Shown here in pieces: positions 9,715 to 19,200 of a stretch of DNA of 64,000 nt. The translations under genes and the position numbers were made by a program. Each line of letters opens with the position of its first letter. Within the stretch, counting starts at the first letter, position 1. Location of the stretch: the NCBI GenBank assembly GCA_051532035.1, contig JAOPTW010000006.1, positions 1 through 64,000 on the forward strand, written 5' to 3'. Origin of the DNA: Fibrobacterales bacterium (GTDB taxonomy: Bacteria; Fibrobacterota; Fibrobacteria; Fibrobacterales; JAOPTW01). The notes beneath the pieces were generated by a model. That model saw nothing but the letters and a program-made list of their open reading frames with translations. It searched no databases and had not been told where the DNA came from.

Positions 9715-10134
9715 TTATCCTCTAAGTTTAATAGCAGCGTTCACATCTGCCATCCGCTCTGTTATAAATTTTGTACTATAACTAAACAGAATCTGATTTT
9801 CTGCAAGCTTTGACATTTCAATATCGATATCAACATTATTGATTTCTCCAGGAAGCGTCGGGTCTTCGGCACGATACGCTTGTGGGTTTACTTTATTAAG
9901 GTCAGGACGCCCTAAGTAGAAGTGGTTTCTACTCGTTCTTTCACCCTGTATATTTTTTTTATCAAGAGCTTCACGTAACTGCTCTTCAAAACGCACTTCT
10001 ATACGGTTATACCCTGGTGTAGTCACATTCGCCAAGTTATTTGCGAGGGCTTTTGATCTGAGAGCACTTGCATCAAGACTTTTTGACGCTACTGTGATCG
10101 ATGTTCTATCGTATATTCCCAATTTAGCCAGCAT
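9715..10134 (-). CDS. flgB: Flagellar basal-body rod protein FlgB
   Basis: ANNLANVTTPGY and NNVDIDIEM motifs. Confidence 0.97.
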   Translation of the reverse strand: MLAKLGIYDRTSITVASKSLDASALRSKALANNLANVTTPGYNRIEVRFEEQLREALDKKNIQGERTSRNHFYLGRPDLNKVNPQAYRAEDPTLPGEINNVDIDIEMSKLAENQILFSYSTKFITERMADVNAAIKLRG

Positions 10135-10163
10135 AATAGATTCATTGTATAACTATCTACTTT

Positions 10164-10186
10164 CATATAAAGCGATTTACATGCCA
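10164..10186 (-). promoter_or_regulatory. sigma54 (-24/-12) promoter of the flgB operon
   Basis: Minus strand TGGCATGTAAATCGCTTTATATG; shares TGGCA and TCGCTTTATATG with the fliF site. Confidence 0.8.
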
Positions 10187-10304
10187 AGTATAAATTCATG
10201 AAAAAACAGCGTTTATCACTTAAAACTGATGGGTTTGGGGGAAATATGTGCCGAGAGAGACCTAAGAATGGTAAATATTGCCTTTGAAGGCCTCTTCTCT
10301 CTAT

Positions 10305-10332
10305 ATATCGGAAGATTTTTTAAAAAGCTTTA
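10305..10332 (-). promoter_or_regulatory. sigma28-like promoter upstream of flgB
   Basis: Minus strand TAAA-GCTTTTTAAAAAATCT(16 nt)-TCCGATAT. Confidence 0.5.
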
Positions 10333-10559
10333 TGGCACAATGCAAATTTTTATTATATACTATGATTATCTAATCTACGAAGCCCCTTTACCCCTCCTCA
10401 ATTTCATTTTATTCATCGATAAAAACACACATTATTACTGACAAATAACTATCATCTAGCTACATTCATGCTCGATTCAATCAATCAAATCAAACCGTAA
10501 TCACGGTAATATTCATTTTGAACTATTCAAAATTATCAAACTGACACAAGGAGACACAT

Positions 10560-12233
10560 TTGTCTGAAGAAGTAAAAGACACTACTGTTGTAGCTGAAGA
10601 AGTAAAAGCTCCAACTCCTCGCCGTACCAGAAAACCAAAGCCTACTAAAGAAGAAAAGGCTGAAGCAGCACCAGAATCAACTCCAGCACCGGAGCAGAGT
10701 GATGCACTAGCGGCGAAACCCGTAGCAGAGAAAAAAGCTGCCACTCCAGCAAAAGAATCTCCAAGTGCAGAACAGAGTGAGACTACTGACAAGCCTCAAA
10801 ACGAACAATCTGATAAGCCACAGAAAAGCCGCAATCAGAGTAACAACAACAACAACAACAACAAGAATAAAAAGAACAGTCATAAGAACAAGAACAAAAA
10901 AGGGCGCAAGCAATACCAAGAAGAAGAACTTCCTGATATTCCTCCACCACCTCAAGCAATTATTGATGAAGCACTTAAAAAGTGGAATGACCTCCGTAAA
11001 CGCCCTATCCAAGATCTTCACGAAATGGCCAGTGCTCTAGAAATTTCTGACACAAAGAACCTTCGTAAACAAGCAATCATCTATAAAATCCTTGAAGCCA
11101 CTTCAGGCGAAGGAGAAGATGCACTTCCTATATATGCAGAAGGCGTCCTACAATCGCTCAATGAGGGGTATGGATTTCTAAGATACACTGACCATAGTTA
11201 CCTCCCAGGAACTGACGATATCTACATTGCTCCCGGCCAAATTAAACGCTATGGCCTCAAGACTGGTGATACCGTAGTGGGTCAAGTACGTCCTCCTCGT
11301 GAGAATGAAAAATATATTGCGCTGATTCGCATTTATACCATTAATGGTGATGACCCTAAGGTTGCAAAAAATAAGATCTCATTTCATGCCCTTACACCGC
11401 TCCACCCAGAAGAACGCCTTAACCTTGAGCATAGTACAACTGAGGTGAGTACTCGTATTATGAACCTCTTTACCCCTATTGGTAAAGGTCAGCGTGGTGT
11501 CATTCTTGCACCACCACGTACTGGTAAAACAGTACTTCTCAAATCTATTGCAAATGCCATTTCTGCTAATCACCCTGAAGTTCGCCTTTTGGTCCTCCTT
11601 ATTGATGAACGCCCGGAAGAAGTGACTGACATGCAACGCAGTGTTAATGGCGAAGTGCTTAGTTCTACCTTTGATGAACCACCTGAGCGTCATGTTGCTG
11701 TTGCAGATATGGTACTTGAAAAAGCAAAACGTCTTACTGAACATGGCCACGATGTTGTAATTCTCCTCGACTCAATTACTCGTCTTGCACGTGCCAACAA
11801 TATGGCAATTCCTCATTCAGGTAAAATCCTGTCTGGTGGTGTTGATGCAATGGCTCTACAGAGACCAAAGAAGTTTTTTGGTGCTGCACGGAACATTGAA
11901 AACGGTGGATCACTGACTATTCTTGGAACGGCTCTTATTGAAACTGGTTCGAAAATGGATGAAGTTATCTTTGAAGAGTTTAAAGGTACCGGCAACATGG
12001 AACTTGTTCTTGATAGAAGAATTTCTGAAAAACGGATCTGGCCTGCTATTGATATTTTCAAGTCGGGTACTCGTAAAGAAGAACTTCTTATGGATGAAGA
12101 AGAGCTCCGTAAAGTATGGATTCTTCGTAAATACCTCCAAGACCTCAGTCCAACTGAGATTATGGAATTCATGAAAGAAAAAATCCTGAAAACCAAGACA
12201 AATGCAGAGTTCCTCCTCTCCATGAACAAATAA
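10560..12233 (+). CDS. rho: Transcription termination factor Rho with low-complexity N-terminal extension
   Basis: [36 protein letters not shown] and DSITRLAR motifs; TTG start with AAGGAG RBS. Confidence 0.98.
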   Translation: MSEEVKDTTVVAEEVKAPTPRRTRKPKPTKEEKAEAAPESTPAPEQSDALAAKPVAEKKAATPAKESPSAEQSETTDKPQNEQSDKPQKSRNQSNNNNNNNKNKKNSHKNKNKKGRKQYQEEELPDIPPPPQAIIDEALKKWNDLRKRPIQDLHEMASALEISDTKNLRKQAIIYKILEATSGEGEDALPIYAEGVLQSLNEGYGFLRYTDHSYLPGTDDIYIAPGQIKRYGLKTGDTVVGQVRPPRENEKYIALIRIYTINGDDPKVAKNKISFHALTPLHPEERLNLEHSTTEVSTRIMNLFTPIGKGQRGVILAPPRTGKTVLLKSIANAISANHPEVRLLVLLIDERPEEVTDMQRSVNGEVLSSTFDEPPERHVAVADMVLEKAKRLTEHGHDVVILLDSITRLARANNMAIPHSGKILSGGVDAMALQRPKKFFGAARNIENGGSLTILGTALIETGSKMDEVIFEEFKGTGNMELVLDRRISEKRIWPAIDIFKSGTRKEELLMDEEELRKVWILRKYLQDLSPTEIMEFMKEKILKTKTNAEFLLSMNK

Positions 12234-12243
12234 GGATATTTTT

Positions 12244-13041
12244 ATGGACACTATTCTCTTTATCGGCGCTGGCAATATGGGTGGCGCCATACTTAAAGGC
12301 CTGGTATCAGCCAATGCTGAAGCCAAAGAAGCCCTCGCGATCTATGAGTTAAACGATTCAACCGCCGAGGCTCTTGTAGCTGAAACCGGAGTTCGTCGTT
12401 TTACCTCACTCCCAGAAGCAGGTGAGTGGGCCTCTATTATAGTCATTGGTGTGAAACCCCAGATTTTTAGCTCGGTATCAAAAGAGCTGAAGCAGTTTTC
12501 AGATTCAAAACTTTTTATCTCGATCATGGCAGGGGTTCCTGTTAAACGAATGAGTGAAGAGATTGGCTTTGCAAATGACTTTGTTCGTACCATGCCCAAT
12601 ATTCCACTCACTGTTGGTAAAGGTGCGATTGCACTTGCTACCGACAACTTATCTGAAGAGACTATCAAAAAAGTTGAAGTGCTCTTCTCTTCAGTTGGTG
12701 ATGTCGCTCGTGTTACCGAAGCACAGATTGATGGGGTGACTGGTCTTTCTGGATCAGGGCCTGCATATGTTTTTCAGTTTATTGATGCATTCATTAACGC
12801 TGGTGTAAAAGTTGGCTTAACTCGTGATGCCTCAAAAAAACTCGTTATGGCTACGCTAGAAGGTTCTGTCGAATTCTTAAAACAGAATGACATGTCTGCT
12901 GCCGATGCTACTGGACTCGTAACGTCTCCAGGAGGAACGACCATTTATGGAGTACACTCTCTTGAAAAAGATGGCTTTAGGGTTGCAATCATGAATGCTG
13001 TTGAAGCAGCGGTTAATCGTTCAAAAGAGCTCGGTGCATAA
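12244..13041 (+). CDS. proC: Pyrroline-5-carboxylate reductase
   Basis: GAGNMG, VKPQ, RTMPN, SGSGPAY and VTSPGGTT motifs. Confidence 0.97.
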   Translation: MDTILFIGAGNMGGAILKGLVSANAEAKEALAIYELNDSTAEALVAETGVRRFTSLPEAGEWASIIVIGVKPQIFSSVSKELKQFSDSKLFISIMAGVPVKRMSEEIGFANDFVRTMPNIPLTVGKGAIALATDNLSEETIKKVEVLFSSVGDVARVTEAQIDGVTGLSGSGPAYVFQFIDAFINAGVKVGLTRDASKKLVMATLEGSVEFLKQNDMSAADATGLVTSPGGTTIYGVHSLEKDGFRVAIMNAVEAAVNRSKELGA

Positions 13042-13044
13042 ATT

Positions 13045-13079
13045 AAAAAGCCTGAACTGACACAACAGTTCGGGCTTTT
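13045..13079. terminator. Bidirectional intrinsic terminator between convergent proC and gluQ
   Basis: AAAAGCCTGAACTG-loop-CAGTTCGGGCTTTT. Confidence 0.85.
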
Positions 13080-13089
13080 CTCTTACTCA

Positions 13090-14004
13090 CTACGACAGTT
13101 CTACATACCTTCGCACAAGATCTGGCACATCACTCAAGGTTATGTTCTGAAACGTATCCAATAAGCCAACAGCTACCGCAGCTTCCCCCATAAGTTTCTC
13201 TTTACTTTCACCAGACTCCCGCCTCTCTTTTAATGACGTGGATAAAAACCGTTTACTTAACTTTTGCCCATTGCATGATGTAAGAAGTGGATGATGCATA
13301 AAATAAGCAGGCTCTTCTCTCCCCAGCTCTTTAGCAAGGAGAATTTGACGCCCTGTTGCATGCAGTAAGTCTTCTCCACGAACGATAAGATTGACCCCCT
13401 GTATCATATCATCAATGGCAACAGTAAAATTATACGTCCATTGATTGTGTCGGTCAAGAATTGCAAAATCGCCACATTGGTGTTTGGGGTTTTGAATCTG
13501 AACCCCCTTAAGTATATCTCGAAAAGCAACATCACACTCTTCAACAACAGAACGATAGAGTGGCGGATCAATAAGGGTTTCATTACGACAAAACCCATCA
13601 TAGCAGAGCTCACCATTCTCCCGTCCTGACCGCTCTTCAATCATCTTACGTGAACACTCACATCCATAGACCAACTGCTCACGACAGAGTATTCTAAAAT
13701 AATTTTTAAAGAGTTCATTGCGACTACTTTGAATGGGTTCAAAGTAGTGACTATTTACGTGGTTATCCCACTCAAGTCCGAAAAAATCTAGGTCATCAAA
13801 AATTGAGTCAATGTATTCCATGCGACATCGTTGAGTATCATGATCCTCGATGCGCAAGACCACTTGACTATTATAGACTTTAGAAACGCCCCACACAAAA
13901 AGTGCATGAGCTAAGTGCCCCATATGCATATAGCCCGTAGGGCTTGGGGCAAAGCGGGTTACAAACCGCGTTGATGTTTTAAGAGCGCCAAGCTTAGCAG
14001 GCAT
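13090..14004 (-). CDS. gluQ: Glutamyl-Q tRNA(Asp) synthetase (GluRS catalytic domain only)
   Basis: TRFAPSPTG, HMGH, LRIEDHD, CxC...YxxxC zinc site, RGEDL, KLSKR; no anticodon-binding domain. Start set at the TAATG overlap (14004). Confidence 0.85.
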   Translation of the reverse strand: MPAKLGALKTSTRFVTRFAPSPTGYMHMGHLAHALFVWGVSKVYNSQVVLRIEDHDTQRCRMEYIDSIFDDLDFFGLEWDNHVNSHYFEPIQSSRNELFKNYFRILCREQLVYGCECSRKMIEERSGRENGELCYDGFCRNETLIDPPLYRSVVEECDVAFRDILKGVQIQNPKHQCGDFAILDRHNQWTYNFTVAIDDMIQGVNLIVRGEDLLHATGRQILLAKELGREEPAYFMHHPLLTSCNGQKLSKRFLSTSLKERRESGESKEKLMGEAAVAVGLLDTFQNITLSDVPDLVRRYVELS

Positions 14005-14363
14005 TAAAATTGATCGGTTGAGAGCATTACCAGGGTACACGCCTTGATGCACTCGATTTTCTCACGAGTGAGTTCCTCAATCAGATCATAATTTTCGCTA
14101 CCAGGATTAAAAATGACACGATCGGGATTACGCTCAATAATCTGCTGAGCATATCCACCACTATGTCGAGGACTCACATACATTGTGATAGTATGGATCG
14201 TTTCGGGAATGGAAGTAAGGTCAGGATAACATTGGACTCCATCAATCTCAGTCTGTGCAGGATTTACAGGAAATACAGTGTGACCATGCTCTTGAAGCAT
14301 TTTCAGAGCCTTATAACTATACCTGTCGGCTTTAGCTGAGGCCCCAAGAACAGCAACATTCAC
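14004..14363 (-). CDS. CoA-binding protein (YccU-like)
   Basis: VAVLGAS, PVNP, IFNPGSEN and ACTLVML motifs. Confidence 0.9.
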   Translation of the reverse strand: MNVAVLGASAKADRYSYKALKMLQEHGHTVFPVNPAQTEIDGVQCYPDLTSIPETIHTITMYVSPRHSGGYAQQIIERNPDRVIFNPGSENYDLIEELTREKIECIKACTLVMLSTDQF

Positions 14364-14364
14364 C

Positions 14365-14772
14365 TTAAAGGTCCTTTACAGCATCTTCATACTGCTTATC
14401 CTCACTCATGATATGATCACGAAGCCATTTTGCCAAAAAGCAGAGGAGGTCAAGAGCAGAAACAGGACGACCATGCTCAATATCCCGTTTGAGCATGGCG
14501 ATTTTTTCAATAAAATATTCATGTTTTTGAACATGTATTTCAAGTCTTGAGTAATGTGCCTTAGACATGAGCGCTTCTTCTGACTTAAAGTGTACCAATA
14601 CATATTTCTCTAAATCTTTGATCACCGCATTAATACTTAATTCTACTTCCGTATGTCCAATCGCACCATCAAGTGAGTTGAGAATTCTAAAAAGTTCTTT
14701 ATGCTGGTCATCCATTGTATCATTACCAACACTCAAACTGCTATCCCAAATATATGTCGCCATAGTTTCCAT
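14365..14772 (-). CDS. Bacteriohemerythrin
   Basis: W...MDDQH, HFKSEE, HVQKH and WLRDHIMSED iron-ligand pattern. Confidence 0.93.
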   Translation of the reverse strand: METMATYIWDSSLSVGNDTMDDQHKELFRILNSLDGAIGHTEVELSINAVIKDLEKYVLVHFKSEEALMSKAHYSRLEIHVQKHEYFIEKIAMLKRDIEHGRPVSALDLLCFLAKWLRDHIMSEDKQYEDAVKDL

Positions 14773-14821
14773 CTTTAGTTGTTACCTTATTTTTATTTCG
14801 TTAAACACCAATAAAAGATAT

Positions 14822-15868
14822 TCAACGTTCATAATCAAAATTTCTGTAGACTGGAGTATATCCAGCGTCTTGTATTACCTTCTCAGATTCAATTGCGGAG
14901 CAGGGAGCATATGACTCTAATACATTCTCTTCAACAACATAACTACTAATATCATTAGCGCCTGAATAGAGTGCGTCTTTGCCGACCTCTGTACCACGAA
15001 CCATAAGGCTTACTTCTATATTCTTAATATTATCAAAAAAGAGCCTTGATAAGGCAACAATTTTCAAATACTGTTTATTATCCACATTTTTTACAATGAA
15101 ATCTTTCGTTTGCTGCTGAAATGTCCAGCTTGTAAAGGCCAAAAAACCACCTGTCTTATCTTGCTGATTCCTGATAACATCAAAATGCTCAATAATCTCT
15201 TGCGGCTCCTCAACAGACCCGAAAACAATGTTTGCCGAACCATAGAGCCCTTTTTCATGACACATTCCCATCACATCACACCACTGCTCAGCCGAAAGTT
15301 TCCTAGGAGAGAGCACATTTCTCATATGGGGAGTTAAAATTTCGGCTCCCGCACCAGGTACCGAAGTGAGACCTGCGTCCAACAATTCATTAAGAAGGTC
15401 GGGAATAGGAATATTATTCTTCTTTGAAAGATGATAAATTTCAACCGGTGAAAGGCCCCTCACTCGCATCCCCAATTCTTCAGTCATCATTGAAAGCGCT
15501 TCAAGATAGTAGGTTAATGGAATACCACTATTAACCCCCCCTTGAAAGAATATTTGGTCCATACCCAAAGCCTTAGTCTCAAGTACTTTTTCACGAATCT
15601 CATCGAGAGTAAGCGTATACCCTTTACTTTGAATAAAAGAGCAGTACGAACAGCCTATTTTACAAATGTTGGTATAATTGATAACTCGAAAGCCCGTATA
15701 TGACACCTCTTTAGGGTCATTCTTACGCAAGCGTACTGTGTGAGCAGCTTCTCTCATTAGAGCGCTATCACCGTGATTTAATAGCCAAAGGGCGTCTTCT
15801 TTAGTGAGCATTGCACCATCAAGAAGTGGGGCTATAATGGTATTGGTTTCTGACTGTTGACTCATCAT
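14822..15868 (-). CDS. mqnC: CofH/MqnC-family radical SAM enzyme (probable cyclic dehypoxanthine futalosine synthase)
   Basis: INYTNICKIGCSYCSF, QGG, SVPGAGAEIL, GAND and EENV motifs. Confidence 0.7.
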   Translation of the reverse strand: MMSQQSETNTIIAPLLDGAMLTKEDALWLLNHGDSALMREAAHTVRLRKNDPKEVSYTGFRVINYTNICKIGCSYCSFIQSKGYTLTLDEIREKVLETKALGMDQIFFQGGVNSGIPLTYYLEALSMMTEELGMRVRGLSPVEIYHLSKKNNIPIPDLLNELLDAGLTSVPGAGAEILTPHMRNVLSPRKLSAEQWCDVMGMCHEKGLYGSANIVFGSVEEPQEIIEHFDVIRNQQDKTGGFLAFTSWTFQQQTKDFIVKNVDNKQYLKIVALSRLFFDNIKNIEVSLMVRGTEVGKDALYSGANDISSYVVEENVLESYAPCSAIESEKVIQDAGYTPVYRNFDYER

Positions 15869-15940
15869 GTAGCAGTGAAGTAGGTGATTATTTCACCAGC
15901 TTCACTTATATTTTTAAGGTATGTACCCTAAAATATAGTT

Positions 15941-17653
15941 CTACATATGACGAATAGGATTAACGCCAATCAAAAAGAGAACTTTTTCCAACACTGTTTG
16001 AACACTTTGTACTACAAACAGTCGTTCACTCTCTTCAGGAGTTCCTAAGACTTTATTATGATGTATAAATCGATGTGATTTTTCGGCAAGAGAAAGTGCA
16101 TATTGAGAGAGTACATACGGTTCATCAACACTACATGCCTGAGCAATTTTTGAACTCAGTAGAGACAATTCATTCACGAGCTCTGCACTATAACAATCTG
16201 CTATTTTGTTAAAGTCAACAGTATCAATTGAAACTGTTTTACCTGCTTTTCTCATAATCGAACAGAGGCGTACATGTGCATTTTGTACATATGGCCCAGT
16301 ATCTCCCTCAAAACTAAGTGCTTTATCCCAATCAAATTTTACATCATTGAGACGACGGTTTTTGAGGGTATCAAAGACGAGCGCAGAAATGCCAATCTGC
16401 ATTGCTACATTCTCTTTATCTTCGAGGTCGGTATTCTTCTCTTCAATCACCGCCAAGATCTTCTGCTGTGCCGCGTTAAAAACGTCTTTTAACAGGTTAG
16501 ATTGACCAGTTCGGGTCTTTCCTTTCTCCCATTTACCACTCTCTTCATTAAGTTGGAGAATAAGGCCAAAAGGGATATGCATCATATCTTCGTGCCACTC
16601 ATGTCCAAGTTTTTTAAGAACCGTGAATACCTGACGGAAGTGCAGTGCTTGCCCATTATCTACAACATAGAGGCACTTCTCAAAGTTATATTCTTTTTTC
16701 CGATAGAGCGCTGCTGCGATATCACGAGTAGCATAGAGTGTCGACCCATCACTTTTTTGAATAAGGCACGGTGGCATTTCTTCTTCATCGAGAAGCACCA
16801 CTTTACGCTCTTGTGAATCGGCTAAAATATCTTTTTCATTGAGCACTTCCAGAACGTGACCAAGGTGTGTATTAAAAAAGGCCTCACCAATATATGAGTC
16901 AAACTCAACATTCATAAGGGTATAGAGCTTTTTTAGTTCTTTAAGAGTTGCCTCTTTAAAGCCTGTCCACAAACGATCGTAAAGCTCATCACCTTGCTCA
17001 AGCTTGGTAAATGCAGCACGTGCTTCATCTTCAAGTTCAGGCTCTGTAGCTGCTGCTTTCGAGAAAGAGACATACAGCTTATTAAGGTCAACGATATCAA
17101 GATTATCGAGTACCTGTTGCTCAGTACTCAACCCATCCCTGAGATACATAACGATCAGTTTACCAAATGAGGTACCCCAATCGCCTAGGTGGTTAATACG
17201 TTCTACCGTATATCCTGATGCCTTATAGATTCTCGACAAGCTATTGCCGATCATTGTTGATCTTAGGTGATGAAAAGCAAGTTCTTTCCCCATATTGGGT
17301 GATGAGAAATCGATACAGACTGTTTCATTTTTTTTCTCTACACTCCCATACTCAGAACCTGCGGCATCAATACATTTTAACACAGACCCAATATATCCAG
17401 CTTGATCGAGATAAAAGTTGAGAAAGCCATTTATCGGTTCAACTTTTTCAAATGCGCTACTCAACTCTAATTGAGCTGCAATCTCCTCCGCAATAACCTT
17501 AGGAGCTTTCTTTAAAGACTTCGCTAACACAAAACAAGGAAGAGTATAGTTACCCTTCCCTTTTTCTGTTGGAATTGTTATGAGCTTTTCGAGTTCAATT
17601 ACTTCAAGTGGGGTTACTGCATTGAGCGAATCAATCAGTTCCTGCTTAAACAT
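15941..17653 (-). CDS. argS: Arginine--tRNA ligase
   Basis: DFSSPN, HHLRS (HIGH-equivalent), NHLGDWG, LYATRD and FEGDTGPYVQ motifs. Start moved to MFKQEL (17653) to avoid a long overlap with rsfS. Confidence 0.96.
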   Translation of the reverse strand: MFKQELIDSLNAVTPLEVIELEKLITIPTEKGKGNYTLPCFVLAKSLKKAPKVIAEEIAAQLELSSAFEKVEPINGFLNFYLDQAGYIGSVLKCIDAAGSEYGSVEKKNETVCIDFSSPNMGKELAFHHLRSTMIGNSLSRIYKASGYTVERINHLGDWGTSFGKLIVMYLRDGLSTEQQVLDNLDIVDLNKLYVSFSKAAATEPELEDEARAAFTKLEQGDELYDRLWTGFKEATLKELKKLYTLMNVEFDSYIGEAFFNTHLGHVLEVLNEKDILADSQERKVVLLDEEEMPPCLIQKSDGSTLYATRDIAAALYRKKEYNFEKCLYVVDNGQALHFRQVFTVLKKLGHEWHEDMMHIPFGLILQLNEESGKWEKGKTRTGQSNLLKDVFNAAQQKILAVIEEKNTDLEDKENVAMQIGISALVFDTLKNRRLNDVKFDWDKALSFEGDTGPYVQNAHVRLCSIMRKAGKTVSIDTVDFNKIADCYSAELVNELSLLSSKIAQACSVDEPYVLSQYALSLAEKSHRFIHHNKVLGTPEESERLFVVQSVQTVLEKVLFLIGVNPIRHM

Positions 17654-18071
17654 ATCCATAGGTATCATCTTCCTCTTCAATCTCTTCTTCATCATCAAAG
17701 GTGTAGTTCTCTGGTTTGAGTTCTTCTTGTTTCGCATCTCCCCATAGCTTTTCAATATCCACAGTAGTACGGTGCTCGTCTTCGAAGAGGTGTATAATCA
17801 GCTCTGCCACATCAATTACAGCCCAACGATTACCAGACTTATACTCGACACCCAGTGGTTTTACGCCAACTTTTTTGAGGCTCCGTTGCATGCTGGTAAT
17901 GATTGCACGCATCTGTGCTTCACTCGTACAAGTTGCTACTAAATAATAATCGGCAACATCACTGAGGCCTTTCATATCCATAAGGGTAAGTGCATCTGCC
18001 TTTTTGCTATACAGTTGTCCTGCAACAAAATCAACAAGGTCTCTTCCGGTTAGTTCTTTTTTATCTGACAT
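17646..18071 (-). CDS. rsfS: Ribosome silencing factor RsfS (Iojap)
   Basis: KKA...DYYLVAT, WAVID...IIHLF and DIEKLWGDA motifs. Confidence 0.93.
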   Translation of the reverse strand: MSDKKELTGRDLVDFVAGQLYSKKADALTLMDMKGLSDVADYYLVATCTSEAQMRAIITSMQRSLKKVGVKPLGVEYKSGNRWAVIDVAELIIHLFEDEHRTTVDIEKLWGDAKQEELKPENYTFDDEEEIEEEDDTYGYV

Positions 18072-18088
18072 TGGTTTCCTTTACTGAT

Positions 18089-18460
18089 CTACTCTTCATC
18101 TTTAATCAGTTCTTCAAAATCTTTTCCTACAAAAACAGTTGCATCAATTAATTTAGCACTGTTTTCCATTAATACAATATTTTCGGTTTTAAGGGCAATG
18201 CCAATCGCCTCTTTACCAATCCAATACTTATTACGAATGGCAATTATGGTCTCTTTGTAATTCCAATAACTCGCATTGCCTGTTTCTACAACATCATAGC
18301 CATTTTCCATGAGATAGGCACGCATTTTATCTGCCGCGCCAGCCATTCCACATGCATTAAGTACTTGAATTTCACCAGGCACTGGTACAATCACCTTTTT
18401 GGGCTTCTCTTTACATGCGAGAAGCATAAAAATAGATACGATGGTGAGTACTCTTATCAT
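18089..18460 (-). CDS. LytR C-terminal domain lipoprotein
   Basis: Lipobox LLAC; IQVLNACGMAGAA, ETGNA and VFVGKD motifs. Start at MIRVL (18460). Confidence 0.85.
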   Translation of the reverse strand: MIRVLTIVSIFMLLACKEKPKKVIVPVPGEIQVLNACGMAGAADKMRAYLMENGYDVVETGNASYWNYKETIIAIRNKYWIGKEAIGIALKTENIVLMENSAKLIDATVFVGKDFEELIKDEE

Positions 18461-18555
18461 TGCCTGTTTCCGTAACACACTGGGGCAAATATAGTTAAAT
18501 ATGGTGTAAAATGAACTCACTTTAGTATGAGTGAGAATATGGGTCTTAAATCACC

Positions 18556-18909
18556 TTAAGGCTCAATAATTTGATTTTTCTCGTCAACCTGAACAACAGT
18601 TGGAATGTGAGTCACCGCTTCAGACTCATCAATAGAGCAATACGCTATAATAATTACTAAATCATCAGGCTGAGCAAGGCGAGCAGCTGCTCCATTGAGA
18701 CAAATAACCCCTGAACCTCTTTCACCTTCAATTGTATAGGTTACAAAGCGTTCACCGTTATTGATATTTACAATATGAACCTGTTCGTGCTCATGCATAT
18801 TTGCCGCTTCTAACAGATCTTTATCAATAGTAACACTACCCACATAATTGAGGTTAGCATCGGTAACCGTTGCACGGTGAATTTTTGATTTTAAAAATGT
18901 TAGTTGCAT
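18556..18909 (-). CDS. panD: Aspartate 1-decarboxylase
   Basis: [14 protein letters not shown] self-cleavage site and CLNGAAAR. Confidence 0.98.
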   Translation of the reverse strand: MQLTFLKSKIHRATVTDANLNYVGSVTIDKDLLEAANMHEHEQVHIVNINNGERFVTYTIEGERGSGVICLNGAAARLAQPDDLVIIIAYCSIDESEAVTHIPTVVQVDEKNQIIEP

Positions 18910-19003
18910 GAGTACCTGTTATTACATATAGGTGGTAATATATATTTTTACCGCTTTACGTATCTCTCACCCTCACTTATTAGACTATTTTGAGGATAAA
19001 AAA

Positions 19004-19087
19004 TACCGAGGGGGGGACTTGAACCCCCACGAAGTTGCCTCCGGCGGATTTTGAGTCCGCTGCGTCTACCAATTCCGCCACCTCGGC
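19004..19087 (-). tRNA. tRNA-Leu (anticodon CAA), CCA not encoded
   Basis: GCCGAGGTGGCGGAATTGGTAGACGCAGCGGACTCAAAATCCGC...GGTTCAAGTCCCCCCCTCGGTA; cloverleaf with long variable arm. Confidence 0.97.
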
Positions 19088-19200
19088 TAGATTTATTCCA
19101 TGATAGGAATAAATGCCTACGCTCATAAAGCGTAGAGACAAATATAAGAAATTTTAATGGGTTTTAAATAGTTGTTTAGTCCGTGAGCACTTCAGAAGAG

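Noticed and set aside
10333..10347. TGGCACAATGC as a sigma54 promoter for rho
   Set aside because: GG-to-GC spacing is 4 nt too short for a -24/-12 promoter.
10229..10441. 70 aa ORF between flgB and rho
   Set aside because: Lies over promoter elements, has no RBS, and has AT-rich non-coding composition.
17654..17755. Extended N-terminus of argS (similar extensions on gluQ, SPOR, XPB, secretin and pilin ORFs)
   Set aside because: Longest-ORF artefacts overlapping upstream genes or promoters; downstream starts fit RBS, signal peptide or coupling better.
19004..19200. tRNA-Leu as an integration site for an island
   Set aside because: No integrase, no duplicated tRNA 3' end, and housekeeping genes on both sides.
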